Of a stretch of 45,729 nucleotides of DNA, positions 37,259 to 45,729 are shown in pieces. How positions within the stretch are numbered: position 1 is the first letter of the stretch; each line of letters opens with the position of its first letter. The position numbers and the translations under genes are program-made. Under the pieces are notes generated by a model. That model saw only the letters and a program-made list of their open reading frames with translations, was not told the DNA's origin and did not search any database. This DNA is from Bacilli bacterium (GTDB lineage Bacteria > Bacillota_I > Bacilli_A > RF39 > UBA660). The DNA lies in NCBI GenBank assembly GCA_036648855.1, contig JAVWCU010000004.1:1-45729 (forward strand), written 5' to 3'.

Positions 37259-39409
37259 ATGGCTCATAAAATATTTAAATTAGATTTCAGAGGTAGAGAG
37301 TTAATCGTAGAACATGGTGAACTAGCTAAACAAGCAAATGGATCAGTACTAGTTAGGTATGGGGATACTGTTGTTTTAACAACGGCCGTAGTATCTAAAA
37401 ATGCTAATCTATTATCGGACTTTTTTCCATTAATGGTTTTATATCAGGAAAAGTTATATTCTGTTGGTAAAATACCAGGAGGATTTATTAAAAGAGAATC
37501 TAGGCCAAGTGATGCCGCAACTTTAGCAGCTAGAATGATTGATAGGCCAATGCGTCCTTTATTCCCTGATAATTTTCGTAATGAAGTTCAAGTGGTAAAT
37601 ACTATTTTATCAGTTGATCAAGATAATTCACCAGAAATGACAGCTTTATTTGGATCGAGTTTAGCAACTTGTATTAGTAAAATACCATTTGATGGACCAA
37701 TTGCAAGTGTTAAAGTAGGGCGGGTAGCCGGTAAGTTTGTTATTAACCCTACAAGTGCTGAGATAGAGAAATCTGATATTGATTTAACTGTAGCTGGAAC
37801 ATTTGATGCTATCAACATGGTTGAGTCTAGTGCCAAAGAGGTTAGTGAAAAAGATATGCTAGAGGCTTTAATGTTTGGACACGATGCTATTAAAGAACTA
37901 GTAACTTTTGAAAAAGAGATTATTGAAGCTATTGGTGAAGAAAAAATGGAGTATCCTACTCTAGAAATGGCTGATGACTTAAAGAAAGCAGTTAGAGAAC
38001 TTGTTAGTGAAAAACTAGATAAGGCTTTAAGAATTAAAGATAAGTTAAAAATGTATACGGCAATAGATGAAATAAAAGATAGTGTTACTAATAAATATAA
38101 AGAAGAATTTGAAAATACTTTAAAACCAAATGAGTTAACAGAATTACTAACCAAAGTTAAACTTATTATGGAAAGTGTTGAATATGATTTATTTAGAAAT
38201 ATTGTTGTTAAAGAGAAAAAACGGGTAGATGGCAGAAAAATGACTGAGATAAGACCTTTATCAACAGCTATTGATTTGCTTCCAAGAACACATGGATCAG
38301 CCTTGTTTACTCGTGGAGAAACACAAAGTTTAAGTGTTACTACTTTGGGAGCTCTAGGAGAACATCAGATTTTAGATGGATTAGGTATAGAAGATCAAAA
38401 GAGATTTATGCTTCATTATAATTTTCCTTCTTTCTCAGTTGGAGAAACGGGAAGATATGGAGCTCCTGGTAGACGAGAAATTGGTCATGGAGCTTTAGGA
38501 GAAAAAGCTTTACTTCAAGTAATACCTAGTGAAGATGTTTTCCCATACACTATTAGAGTAGTATCTGAAATTTTAGAGAGTAATGGAAGTAGTTCTCAAG
38601 CTAGTATTTGTGCTGGTTGTATGAGCTTAATGGCAGCAGGTGTTCCTATTACTTCCCCAGTTGCAGGTATTGCAATGGGCCTAATTAGTGAAGGAAAAGA
38701 TTATACTATTTTAACTGATATTCAAGGTATGGAAGATCACTTAGGTGATATGGACTTTAAAGTAGCGGGTACTAAAAATGGTATTTGTGCTTTACAAATG
38801 GATATTAAAATTAAGGGTATAACTAAGAACATTCTAAAAGAAGCTCTAGATCAAGCCCTTAAAGCTAGATTAGAAATACTAGAAACAATCACTAAACAAA
38901 TAAAAGAACCTCGTAAAGAAGTTAGTAAATATGCTCCAAAGACTATGACATTTATGATTAAACCAGAAAAAATTAAAGAAGTAATTGGTCGTGGTGGAGA
39001 AATGATTACTAAGATTATTTGTGAGGCAAGTAATGTTTTAGATGTTAATAATATTAATGCAGTTAAAGTTGATTTAGAAGATGATGGACGGGTTGTTATC
39101 TATCATACTGATAAAGAAGTTATAGCACGAACAGCTGAAATGATTAAAAATATTGTTAAAGAAGCTGAAGAAGGTAAAATTTATACTGCTAAAGTTGTTA
39201 AAATTGAAGACTTTGGGTGCTTTGTTCAATTATGGCCTGGTTGTGAGGGCATGGTTCATGTATCTCAGTTATCTAACGAAAGAGTTGATAAAGCAGGAGA
39301 TGTAGTTAACTTAGGGGATGAAATCATGGTTAAATGTTTAGGACTTGATAAAAGAGGTCGTTTAAATTTATCTAGAAAAGATGCCCTTCCAGTAGAAACT
39401 AAAAAGTAG
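37259..39409 (+). CDS. pnp: polyribonucleotide nucleotidyltransferase
   Basis: GRREIGHG, ESNGSSS, GDMDFKVAG, KH and S1 domains. Confidence 0.97.
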   Translation: MAHKIFKLDFRGRELIVEHGELAKQANGSVLVRYGDTVVLTTAVVSKNANLLSDFFPLMVLYQEKLYSVGKIPGGFIKRESRPSDAATLAARMIDRPMRPLFPDNFRNEVQVVNTILSVDQDNSPEMTALFGSSLATCISKIPFDGPIASVKVGRVAGKFVINPTSAEIEKSDIDLTVAGTFDAINMVESSAKEVSEKDMLEALMFGHDAIKELVTFEKEIIEAIGEEKMEYPTLEMADDLKKAVRELVSEKLDKALRIKDKLKMYTAIDEIKDSVTNKYKEEFENTLKPNELTELLTKVKLIMESVEYDLFRNIVVKEKKRVDGRKMTEIRPLSTAIDLLPRTHGSALFTRGETQSLSVTTLGALGEHQILDGLGIEDQKRFMLHYNFPSFSVGETGRYGAPGRREIGHGALGEKALLQVIPSEDVFPYTIRVVSEILESNGSSSQASICAGCMSLMAAGVPITSPVAGIAMGLISEGKDYTILTDIQGMEDHLGDMDFKVAGTKNGICALQMDIKIKGITKNILKEALDQALKARLEILETITKQIKEPRKEVSKYAPKTMTFMIKPEKIKEVIGRGGEMITKIICEASNVLDVNNINAVKVDLEDDGRVVIYHTDKEVIARTAEMIKNIVKEAEEGKIYTAKVVKIEDFGCFVQLWPGCEGMVHVSQLSNERVDKAGDVVNLGDEIMVKCLGLDKRGRLNLSRKDALPVETKK

Positions 39410-39518
39410 ACAAGATTAAAGATATTTATTATTTATGTAAAGTTATTTTGCTGTAAGTGAAATAGCTTTATTTTTAAATCTAGGTATAATATAATTAATA
39501 ATAAAAGAGGTGTGTTAA

Positions 39519-40250
39519 ATGGAAAAGAATGAAAAAACTAATTTTAGTGAAATTCTTAAAGATAAAAAATATAGAGGAATTGTCTTTTTTGTCTTCTATG
39601 GAATCATCTTCATAGTTCTTATCGTATTTATTAGAACTGGTAGTAGTAACAATCCTTCTAAGCCTGTATCATCACCCACACCAAGTCCTTTAATAACTCC
39701 TAAACCTAGTAATATACTAAGTAATTATAACTTTGTTTATACTATTAAAGAAAATGATAATACGGCTATCTTTACTGGAAAAACTTTTGATAATAAACAA
39801 GAATTCACTAGTATTATAAATGGTAAAACTAGGAACTTTTATAAATTAGGAGATAACTATTTGAGTAAGGAAAACTCTAAATATGTAGTAACTACTAATC
39901 CTTATTTATATCCTACTTTTTTAGATTTAACTAAACTAAATGCCGTTTTAGACTTAGGAGAAGCAAAAGAGGCATCTAATATTAGTACTTATACGGTTGC
40001 AGTCCTTGATATATTTGATGTTTTTACCCCAGATATTGATTATGATGGTTTTGAAATAGCCGAAATAAAAGATGATAAAATTATAGTGACTAGAGCAAAT
40101 AATAATATTACTAAAGTAGAGTATGATTTATCTAACTTTATCGATTATTATTCTAAATTAACGAAGGGGCATGTTAGTAAATTGATTATAACTTTAGAAT
40201 ATACCAATATTAATCAAACTGCCGATTTTACTATTCCTAAAGTTAATTGA
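39519..40250 (+). CDS. hypothetical membrane-anchored protein
   Basis: N-terminal TM, Pro/Ser linker, beta-rich remainder; GAGGTG RBS and upstream TATAAT. Confidence 0.75.
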   Translation: MEKNEKTNFSEILKDKKYRGIVFFVFYGIIFIVLIVFIRTGSSNNPSKPVSSPTPSPLITPKPSNILSNYNFVYTIKENDNTAIFTGKTFDNKQEFTSIINGKTRNFYKLGDNYLSKENSKYVVTTNPYLYPTFLDLTKLNAVLDLGEAKEASNISTYTVAVLDIFDVFTPDIDYDGFEIAEIKDDKIIVTRANNNITKVEYDLSNFIDYYSKLTKGHVSKLIITLEYTNINQTADFTIPKVN

Positions 40251-40338
40251 TTGTTAATTTCACTTGACACTTTTTTACCAATTGGTCATTTATAAAAGCT
40301 AAGCGTTATGATATAATGCTTAGTAGGAGTTGGAATCT

Positions 40339-41358
40339 ATGAAAAGTATTTATGGTGAAACATTACTTAGCCTAGAAAATTATTTTATTTTAAATAATGA
40401 TAAAAAATTTAGAGCAACTCAAGTATATGAATGGTTATATAATCAACGAGTTAGTAGTTTTAATGAAATGACAAATTTAAAAAAAGAAGTAATAGCTTTA
40501 TTAAGTAGAGATTTTTATTTTGAAAAATTATCAGCTCGTAAAATAGAAAGAGAAAAAGAAGTTAATAAATACCTGTTTGAATTAATAGATAAAGAACAAA
40601 TAGAAGCAGTGTTGATGCGCCATGATTATGGAAATAGTCTTTGTATATCTACTCAAGTAGGTTGTAATATGGGTTGTACTTTTTGTGAAAGTGGAAGACT
40701 GAAAAAAGTTCGTAATTTAACTTCATCAGAAATGGTATCCCAAATATTAGCGGTAGAGTTAGATATTAAAGAACGAGTAAGTCATGTCGTTTTAATGGGA
40801 ATAGGAGAACCGTTTGATAATTATCAAGAAGTAATTAATTTTATAGAAATAATTAATCATAACAAAGGAATTGCCTTAGGAAGTAGACATATTACTGTTT
40901 CTACCTGTGGTATTATTCCTAAAATAATAGAGTTTACTAAATTACCATATCAGGTTAACCTAGCTATTAGTTTACATGCCCCAAATGATTCTTTAAGGAC
41001 TGAACTAATGCCTATTAACAAAGTTTATCCCCTAAAGGATCTAATGCCAGTTTTAAAAAATTATATAGATAATACATCGCGAAGACTAACTTTTGAATAT
41101 ATATTATTAGAGGGGATAAATGATCAAGAAGAACATGCTTTAGCACTAGTTAAACTTTTAAGAGGTTTAAACTGCTATGTTAATTTAATTCCTTATAATG
41201 AAACAAATCATTTGAAGTGGAAAAGAAGTAATAAAGAAACGATTCTTTCATTTTATGATATACTAAAGAAAAATAAAATAGGCGTGACAATCAGGCGTGA
41301 GTTTGGATCTAATATCAGTGCTGCCTGTGGACAGTTAAGAAGCAAAAAGGAGGAATAA
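40339..41358 (+). CDS. rlmN: dual-specificity rRNA/tRNA m2A methyltransferase
   Basis: CNMGCTFC, MGIGEP, SLHAP and AACGQL; ATG 40339 preferred for RBS spacing. Confidence 0.95.
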   Translation: MKSIYGETLLSLENYFILNNDKKFRATQVYEWLYNQRVSSFNEMTNLKKEVIALLSRDFYFEKLSARKIEREKEVNKYLFELIDKEQIEAVLMRHDYGNSLCISTQVGCNMGCTFCESGRLKKVRNLTSSEMVSQILAVELDIKERVSHVVLMGIGEPFDNYQEVINFIEIINHNKGIALGSRHITVSTCGIIPKIIEFTKLPYQVNLAISLHAPNDSLRTELMPINKVYPLKDLMPVLKNYIDNTSRRLTFEYILLEGINDQEEHALALVKLLRGLNCYVNLIPYNETNHLKWKRSNKETILSFYDILKKNKIGVTIRREFGSNISAACGQLRSKKEE

Positions 41359-41359
41359 C

Positions 41360-42103
41360 ATGGAATCATTTTATTTAACAGATCCAGGTAAAGTTAGAAG
41401 TCATAATGAAGACAGTGTTATTATTACTAGCAACATAGAATCTGATTATCTAGTTGCAGTTGCAGATGGCATGGGAGGTCACTCTGCTGGTGAAATAGCA
41501 TCTAGTATTGCTATTAGTTATTTAGGTAAACACTTTACTGAGACCTTCCTTCATATGGAAAAAATGCAAGCTGTAAACTGGTTAAGAGATAGTGTAACTG
41601 AAATAAATGGTCTTATCTTTGATTATGCTAAAGAACATCCTGAAAGTAAAGGGATGGGGACCACTTTAGTAATTGCTATTCAAACTGCTGATTATTTATT
41701 ATTTGGTAATATTGGAGATTCAAGTGGTTTTGTCATGAAAGATAATAAACTTCATAAAGTAACATATGATCATACTTTAGTAAATCTCTTAGTCTCAGCT
41801 GGTGAATTAACTGAAGCCGAAGCCAAAGATCATCCAAAGAAAAATGTTTTAATGAAAGCCTTAGGAGCAAATGATCCAATTGATATAGATATTTTTGATT
41901 GTGATATGGGAGTAAATGCTTTATTTCTTTGCAGTGATGGTTTAACTAATATGTTAGAAGAAGAACAAATAGAAAAAGTTTTATTAAGTGATTTATCTAT
42001 TGAGGATAAAGTGATAAAACTAATTAATAAAGCTAATAATCGTGGGGGAACAGATAATATTTCTATAGCCTATTTAATAAGAAGTAAAGAGGGTGCAAAA
42101 TAA
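41360..42103 (+). CDS. prpC: PP2C Ser/Thr phosphatase
   Basis: VADGMGGH, GMGTT, CSDGL and GGTDN; precedes the kinase. Confidence 0.93.
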   Translation: MESFYLTDPGKVRSHNEDSVIITSNIESDYLVAVADGMGGHSAGEIASSIAISYLGKHFTETFLHMEKMQAVNWLRDSVTEINGLIFDYAKEHPESKGMGTTLVIAIQTADYLLFGNIGDSSGFVMKDNKLHKVTYDHTLVNLLVSAGELTEAEAKDHPKKNVLMKALGANDPIDIDIFDCDMGVNALFLCSDGLTNMLEEEQIEKVLLSDLSIEDKVIKLINKANNRGGTDNISIAYLIRSKEGAK

Positions 42104-43849
42104 ATGGTAAATAAGGGGCAAAAAATTAATGATCGGTATTTGATTATTAGAAGTATTGGCGAAGGTGGTATGGCAAATGTCTATTTAGCACATGATGTTA
42201 TATTAGACCGTGATGTTGCAATTAAAGTATTAAGGGGAGATTTAGCAAATGATGAGAAGTTTGTTAGACGTTTTCAAAGAGAAGCTTTATCAGCATCTAG
42301 TTTATCACACCCTAATATTGTTGAAATGTATGATGTAGGGGAAGATAATGGAACTTACTATATCGTAATGGAATATGTAGATGGAAAGACTTTAAAACAG
42401 TTAGTTAAAAAAAGAGGAGCTCTTACTTTAAGTGAATCTATTGATATTATGTTACAGCTTACAGAAGGAATTGAACAAGCTCATGAAGCTGGTATTGTTC
42501 ATCGAGATATTAAACCACAGAATATTTTAATTAAAGATGATGGTTGTATTAAAATAACTGATTTTGGAGTAGCAATGGCTCTTAATAGTACTCAGTTAAC
42601 TCAAACTAATTCAGTTATGGGATCAGTTCATTATTTACCTCCAGAACAAGCTAGTGGTAAGGGATGTACTCTTAGAAGTGATATTTATTCCATGGGAATA
42701 GTCTTTTATGAATTACTAACAGGGGGCTTACCATTTAAAGGGGATAATGCTGTTGAAATAGCTTTAAAACATATGCGGGATACAATCCCTAGTGTTAGAA
42801 CTAAGAATCCTTCTATTCCTCAAAGCGTAGAAAATGTTATTTTAAAATCTACTGCTAAAAATCCAAAAAATAGATATCATGATACTAAAGAAATGAGAGA
42901 AGATTTACTTACTGTTTTAAATGATGAGAGATTAGATGAAGCTAAATATATCTACCCATATCCTGAACATGAAATAGAAGATAAAGTAGTAGTTAAAAAA
43001 GAAAAGAAACCTATTATATCTGAAGAAACAGAAGATTTAGTTAAACAGATTAAAGAAGATGACACTGTTAGAAGAACTAATACTTGGATTTGGATATTAT
43101 CAGGTATTTTAGGGGTTATAATTGTAGTAATAGCTTCTATTTTCCTACTTATTCCATCTCTTACTAAGATACCAGATGTTAAGATACCAGATGTCACAGG
43201 TAAGTCTGTAATTGATGCTGAATCTATTCTTAAAGAAGCAGGTTTTGGGGTAGAAGTTCAAACTAATAAAATAGAAAGTGATGTAGATAAAGGTAAAGTA
43301 GTAAGTACAGAACCTTCCATTGGTCGTAGTGTTAAGAAGGGTACTTTAATTACTATAACAGAGTCTCTTGGTAAGAAAGTCTATGTCATAGAAGATTATT
43401 TAGGAGCTAATTATATTGAAATTAAAACTCTTTTAGAAAATATGCATAAATTAAAAGTAACTATTGAGAAGAAAGATGGAGACCCAGCTAAAGAGTATAC
43501 TAATCAGGAAATAATTGAACAGAGTATTAAACCAGGTACTAAAGTTTCTGAGGGAGATACTATTATCTTATATATACCTAAAATAGTAGATGGTTATCCT
43601 AATATGGTAGAAGAAGGTTGGGTCTTAGAAGATATTAAGAACTTCTGTACGAAGTATAATATAACTTTAACTGTTGATTATGAAGAAACAGCTCAATATA
43701 CTAAAGGTATGTTAATTAGTCAATCAAGAGCCCCTAAAACTCCTATAGTATCAGGTTCTACTTTAAAAGTAGTAATTGCCAAGGAACCAAGTACTGTAAC
43801 TAACCCTGGGGAACCACCAGTTGATCCTACTAGTCCACTAAAACCATAA
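42104..43849 (+). CDS. prkC: PASTA-domain Ser/Thr kinase
   Basis: GEGGMA, HRDIKPQN and DFG; TM helix; about three PASTA repeats. Confidence 0.95.
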   Translation: MVNKGQKINDRYLIIRSIGEGGMANVYLAHDVILDRDVAIKVLRGDLANDEKFVRRFQREALSASSLSHPNIVEMYDVGEDNGTYYIVMEYVDGKTLKQLVKKRGALTLSESIDIMLQLTEGIEQAHEAGIVHRDIKPQNILIKDDGCIKITDFGVAMALNSTQLTQTNSVMGSVHYLPPEQASGKGCTLRSDIYSMGIVFYELLTGGLPFKGDNAVEIALKHMRDTIPSVRTKNPSIPQSVENVILKSTAKNPKNRYHDTKEMREDLLTVLNDERLDEAKYIYPYPEHEIEDKVVVKKEKKPIISEETEDLVKQIKEDDTVRRTNTWIWILSGILGVIIVVIASIFLLIPSLTKIPDVKIPDVTGKSVIDAESILKEAGFGVEVQTNKIESDVDKGKVVSTEPSIGRSVKKGTLITITESLGKKVYVIEDYLGANYIEIKTLLENMHKLKVTIEKKDGDPAKEYTNQEIIEQSIKPGTKVSEGDTIILYIPKIVDGYPNMVEEGWVLEDIKNFCTKYNITLTVDYEETAQYTKGMLISQSRAPKTPIVSGSTLKVVIAKEPSTVTNPGEPPVDPTSPLKP

Positions 43850-43858
43850 GGGGGAAAT

Positions 43859-44695
43859 ATGCAAGGACAGATTGTTAAAATATTGAGTGATACCCATTTT
43901 GTATATAGTGGGGATACTTTATATAGTTGTAAATGTCGTGGTAAATTTAGAAATAAACATATACTTCCTTTAGTAGGAGATAATGTTTTATTTGATGATA
44001 AACAATGTGTAATTAATGATATTTTACCAAGAAAAAATGCTTTAATTCGTCCAAGTGTCGCTAATATAGATCAGGGTTTTATTATAACAAGTGTTAAAAG
44101 CCCTGATTTTTCTCCTAATTTATTAGATAAACTACTAGTAGTAATGCATTATTACCGAGTTTTACCAATTATATGTCTTACAAAAATGGATTTATTAACT
44201 CAAGAAGAACAAACTAACATAAGAACAATCATGAAGTATTATGAAGGCTTAGGGTACACAGTTTTAGAAAATGATCAGATTAACAGTATAAAGACTTTGT
44301 TTAAAAATAAAACGAGTGTCCTAACTGGCCAAACAGGAGCAGGTAAGTCAACTCTTTTAAATAAAATAGATGCTAAATTAGACCTAGAAACAGGGGAAAT
44401 ATCTGTTGCTTTAGGAAGAGGTAAACATACTACTCGTTGTGTTTCATTACTTGAACTATATGGGGGAAAAGTTCTAGATACACCAGGTTTTTCTTCTTTA
44501 GACTTTGCCTATATGAGTAAAGAAGAAATAAGAGATGGTTTTATAGAATTTAAAAAATATCCCTGCTTATTTCAAGATTGTATGCATTTAAGAGAAAAAG
44601 AATGCTCAGTTAAAAAGGCTTTAGCTAATCATAAAATATTACCTAGTCGTTATGAAACATATGAAAAAATAATTAATCAAAAGCAGGTGAGATAA
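43859..44695 (+). CDS. rsgA: ribosome small subunit-dependent GTPase
   Basis: TKMD, GQTGAGKS, GKHTT, DTPG and a C-terminal CxxxxCxHxxxxxC. Confidence 0.96.
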   Translation: MQGQIVKILSDTHFVYSGDTLYSCKCRGKFRNKHILPLVGDNVLFDDKQCVINDILPRKNALIRPSVANIDQGFIITSVKSPDFSPNLLDKLLVVMHYYRVLPIICLTKMDLLTQEEQTNIRTIMKYYEGLGYTVLENDQINSIKTLFKNKTSVLTGQTGAGKSTLLNKIDAKLDLETGEISVALGRGKHTTRCVSLLELYGGKVLDTPGFSSLDFAYMSKEEIRDGFIEFKKYPCLFQDCMHLREKECSVKKALANHKILPSRYETYEKIINQKQVR

Positions 44696-45324
44696 TGAAA
44701 ATTTCAGCATCATTTTTAAGCAGTAATCAAATATCCAAAGATTTAGAAAAACTAAATGTTACAGATGTTGATTATATTCATGTTGATGTTATGGATGGTA
44801 AGTTTGTAAATAACAAGTCTTTAGCTATAAAAGAATTAAAGAATATTTATAAATACACTTCAAAAAGATTAGATGTACATCTAATGGTAATAGATCCTAT
44901 AAAAGCTATTAAAGAATTTGCTAAACTTAATACCGAGTATATAACTTTTCATGTAGAACTAGAAAAAGACATATTGTCTTTAATTTCTTTAGTCCATAAA
45001 TACGGTATTAAATGTGGTTTAGCTATTAGTCCTAATACAGATATAGAAATGATTTTCCCTTATTTAGAACAACTTGATTTAGTTGTCTTAATGAGTGTAG
45101 TACCAGGGGAAAGTGGCCAAGAATTTATTTTAGAAACTACAGTTAAATTAGCTAAACTAAAAGAAAAAATAGAGGAAAATAATTTAGATATTAAAATAAT
45201 GATAGATGGTGGTATTAATTTAGAAACAAAGGATTATGTAAAAGAAGCAGATATTTTAGTTAGTGGTTCTTGTATTTTAAAAAGTGATAATTATCAAGAA
45301 GTTATAACTGATTTAAGAAAATAA
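44695..45324 (+). CDS. rpe: ribulose-phosphate 3-epimerase
   Basis: HVDVMDG, DVHLM, MSVVPG and IDGGIN. Confidence 0.95.
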   Translation: MKISASFLSSNQISKDLEKLNVTDVDYIHVDVMDGKFVNNKSLAIKELKNIYKYTSKRLDVHLMVIDPIKAIKEFAKLNTEYITFHVELEKDILSLISLVHKYGIKCGLAISPNTDIEMIFPYLEQLDLVVLMSVVPGESGQEFILETTVKLAKLKEKIEENNLDIKIMIDGGINLETKDYVKEADILVSGSCILKSDNYQEVITDLRK

Positions 45325-45331
45325 ACAAAAG

Positions 45332-45358
45332 AAAAGACAGCTTAAGCGGCTGCCTTTT
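45332..45358. terminator. hairpin, probable terminator overlapping the rpmB 3' end
   Basis: AAAAGACAGC...GCTGCCTTTT (one mismatch) at the junction of convergent genes. Confidence 0.55.
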
Positions 45359-45524
45359 CACTTTTCTTTAAAGTTCTTTTTTCTCTAGTAGTTACTCTCA
45401 CTTTAGTTCCGTCTTCTAAACGAACAATTTGAAGGTTTAATCCTTGCTTATGACGAGTAGCTCTAAGAGAGTGAGAACGTTGATTACCAAATGATGGTTT
45501 TCTATTTGTTACTTTAACAGCCAT
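45342..45524 (-). CDS. rpmB: 50S ribosomal protein L28
   Basis: GNQRSHS..ATR....NLQ motif; conserved convergent position after rpe; AGGAG RBS. Confidence 0.88.
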   Translation of the reverse strand: MAVKVTNRKPSFGNQRSHSLRATRHKQGLNLQIVRLEDGTKVRVTTREKRTLKKSEKAAA

Positions 45525-45627
45525 GTTCTTTTCCTCCTTAATACATAATTACTTGCGTTTATAACTTTATCATATTATATAACAGAAGTCAAATAATAAA
45601 CTCAAGCTTTTATAAAAAACCAAAGAT

Positions 45628-45729
45628 TTATAATAGGTTATTATTTAACTGGTTTATTTCTTTAATAGTTAAGCCTGTTGCTTTTGTTATAACCTCAATA
45701 TCTATATTAGCCTTTAATAAAGCTAAGGC
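45628..45729 (-). CDS. C-terminal fragment of an Rpn / PD-(D/E)XK nuclease-transposase family protein (truncated by the window edge)
   Basis: Minus strand reads ALALLKANIDIEVITKATGLTIKEINQLNNNLL*, matching the typical 'IAxxLLxxGxxIExIxxxTGLxxEEI' tail. Confidence 0.65.
   Translation of the reverse strand, partial: ALALLKANIDIEVITKATGLTIKEINQLNNNLL

Noticed and set aside
165-43197. Short antisense or out-of-frame ORFs in the track (165-380, 999-1223, 2711-2893, 3245-3532, 8279-8614, 13917-14156, 17858-18127, 26962-27276, 33293-33499, 33476-33658, 37618-38154, 42952-43197)
   Set aside because: They overlap well-supported genes and show no recognisable motifs; typical shadow ORFs.
1-45729. Genetic code 4 (UGA=Trp) as in Mycoplasma
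   Set aside because: TGA ends full-length genes in ATGA overlaps (5928-5931, 6920-6923, 21065-21068), and long conserved genes translate intact under code 11.
1-45729. CRISPR array, rRNA genes, long tandem repeats
   Set aside because: No regularly spaced repeats or rRNA-like segments were seen; intergenic regions are short and mostly explained.

Overview
A strongly AT-rich chromosomal segment, mostly coded on the + strand, from a Bacillota/Bacilli organism. Gene content and divergence suggest an uncultured, reduced-genome lineage such as RF39/RFN20 (inference only). It uses genetic code 11. Most genes are housekeeping: pdp, scpAB, pflBA, serS and ileS with T-boxes, miaB, rpsP-khpA, uppS-cdsA-rseP, priA-fmt, rpsO-pnp, rlmN-prpC-prkC-rsgA-rpe, rpmB. 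Endospore genes are interspersed: dacF, a spoIIAA-like gene, sigF, spoVAC/AD/AEb, spoVS, cotE. Main observations: (1) a rewired spoIIA operon. spoIIAB is absent from its slot, the SpoIIAA-like protein lacks the phospho-acceptor Ser motif, and SigF is N-terminally truncated with Lys at the position of the SpoIIAB-contact Glu, yet tandem perfect Spo0A boxes are kept. This suggests SigF control without the canonical partner switch. (2) A translationally coupled pair of unknown genes with mTERF-like helical repeats, next to an ankyrin-repeat gene. (3) A type-2 IleRS with the non-canonical GXHH signature. (4) An islet at tRNA-Leu(CAA) with a foreign tRNA 3'-half scar and an ECF sigma plus a soluble partner. 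(5) A membrane-anchored acidic Pro-rich protein with a duplicated YGG motif. No CRISPR array, rRNA, integrase or complete IS was seen. All homology calls are from recognised motifs and recalled reference sequences, not from searches.
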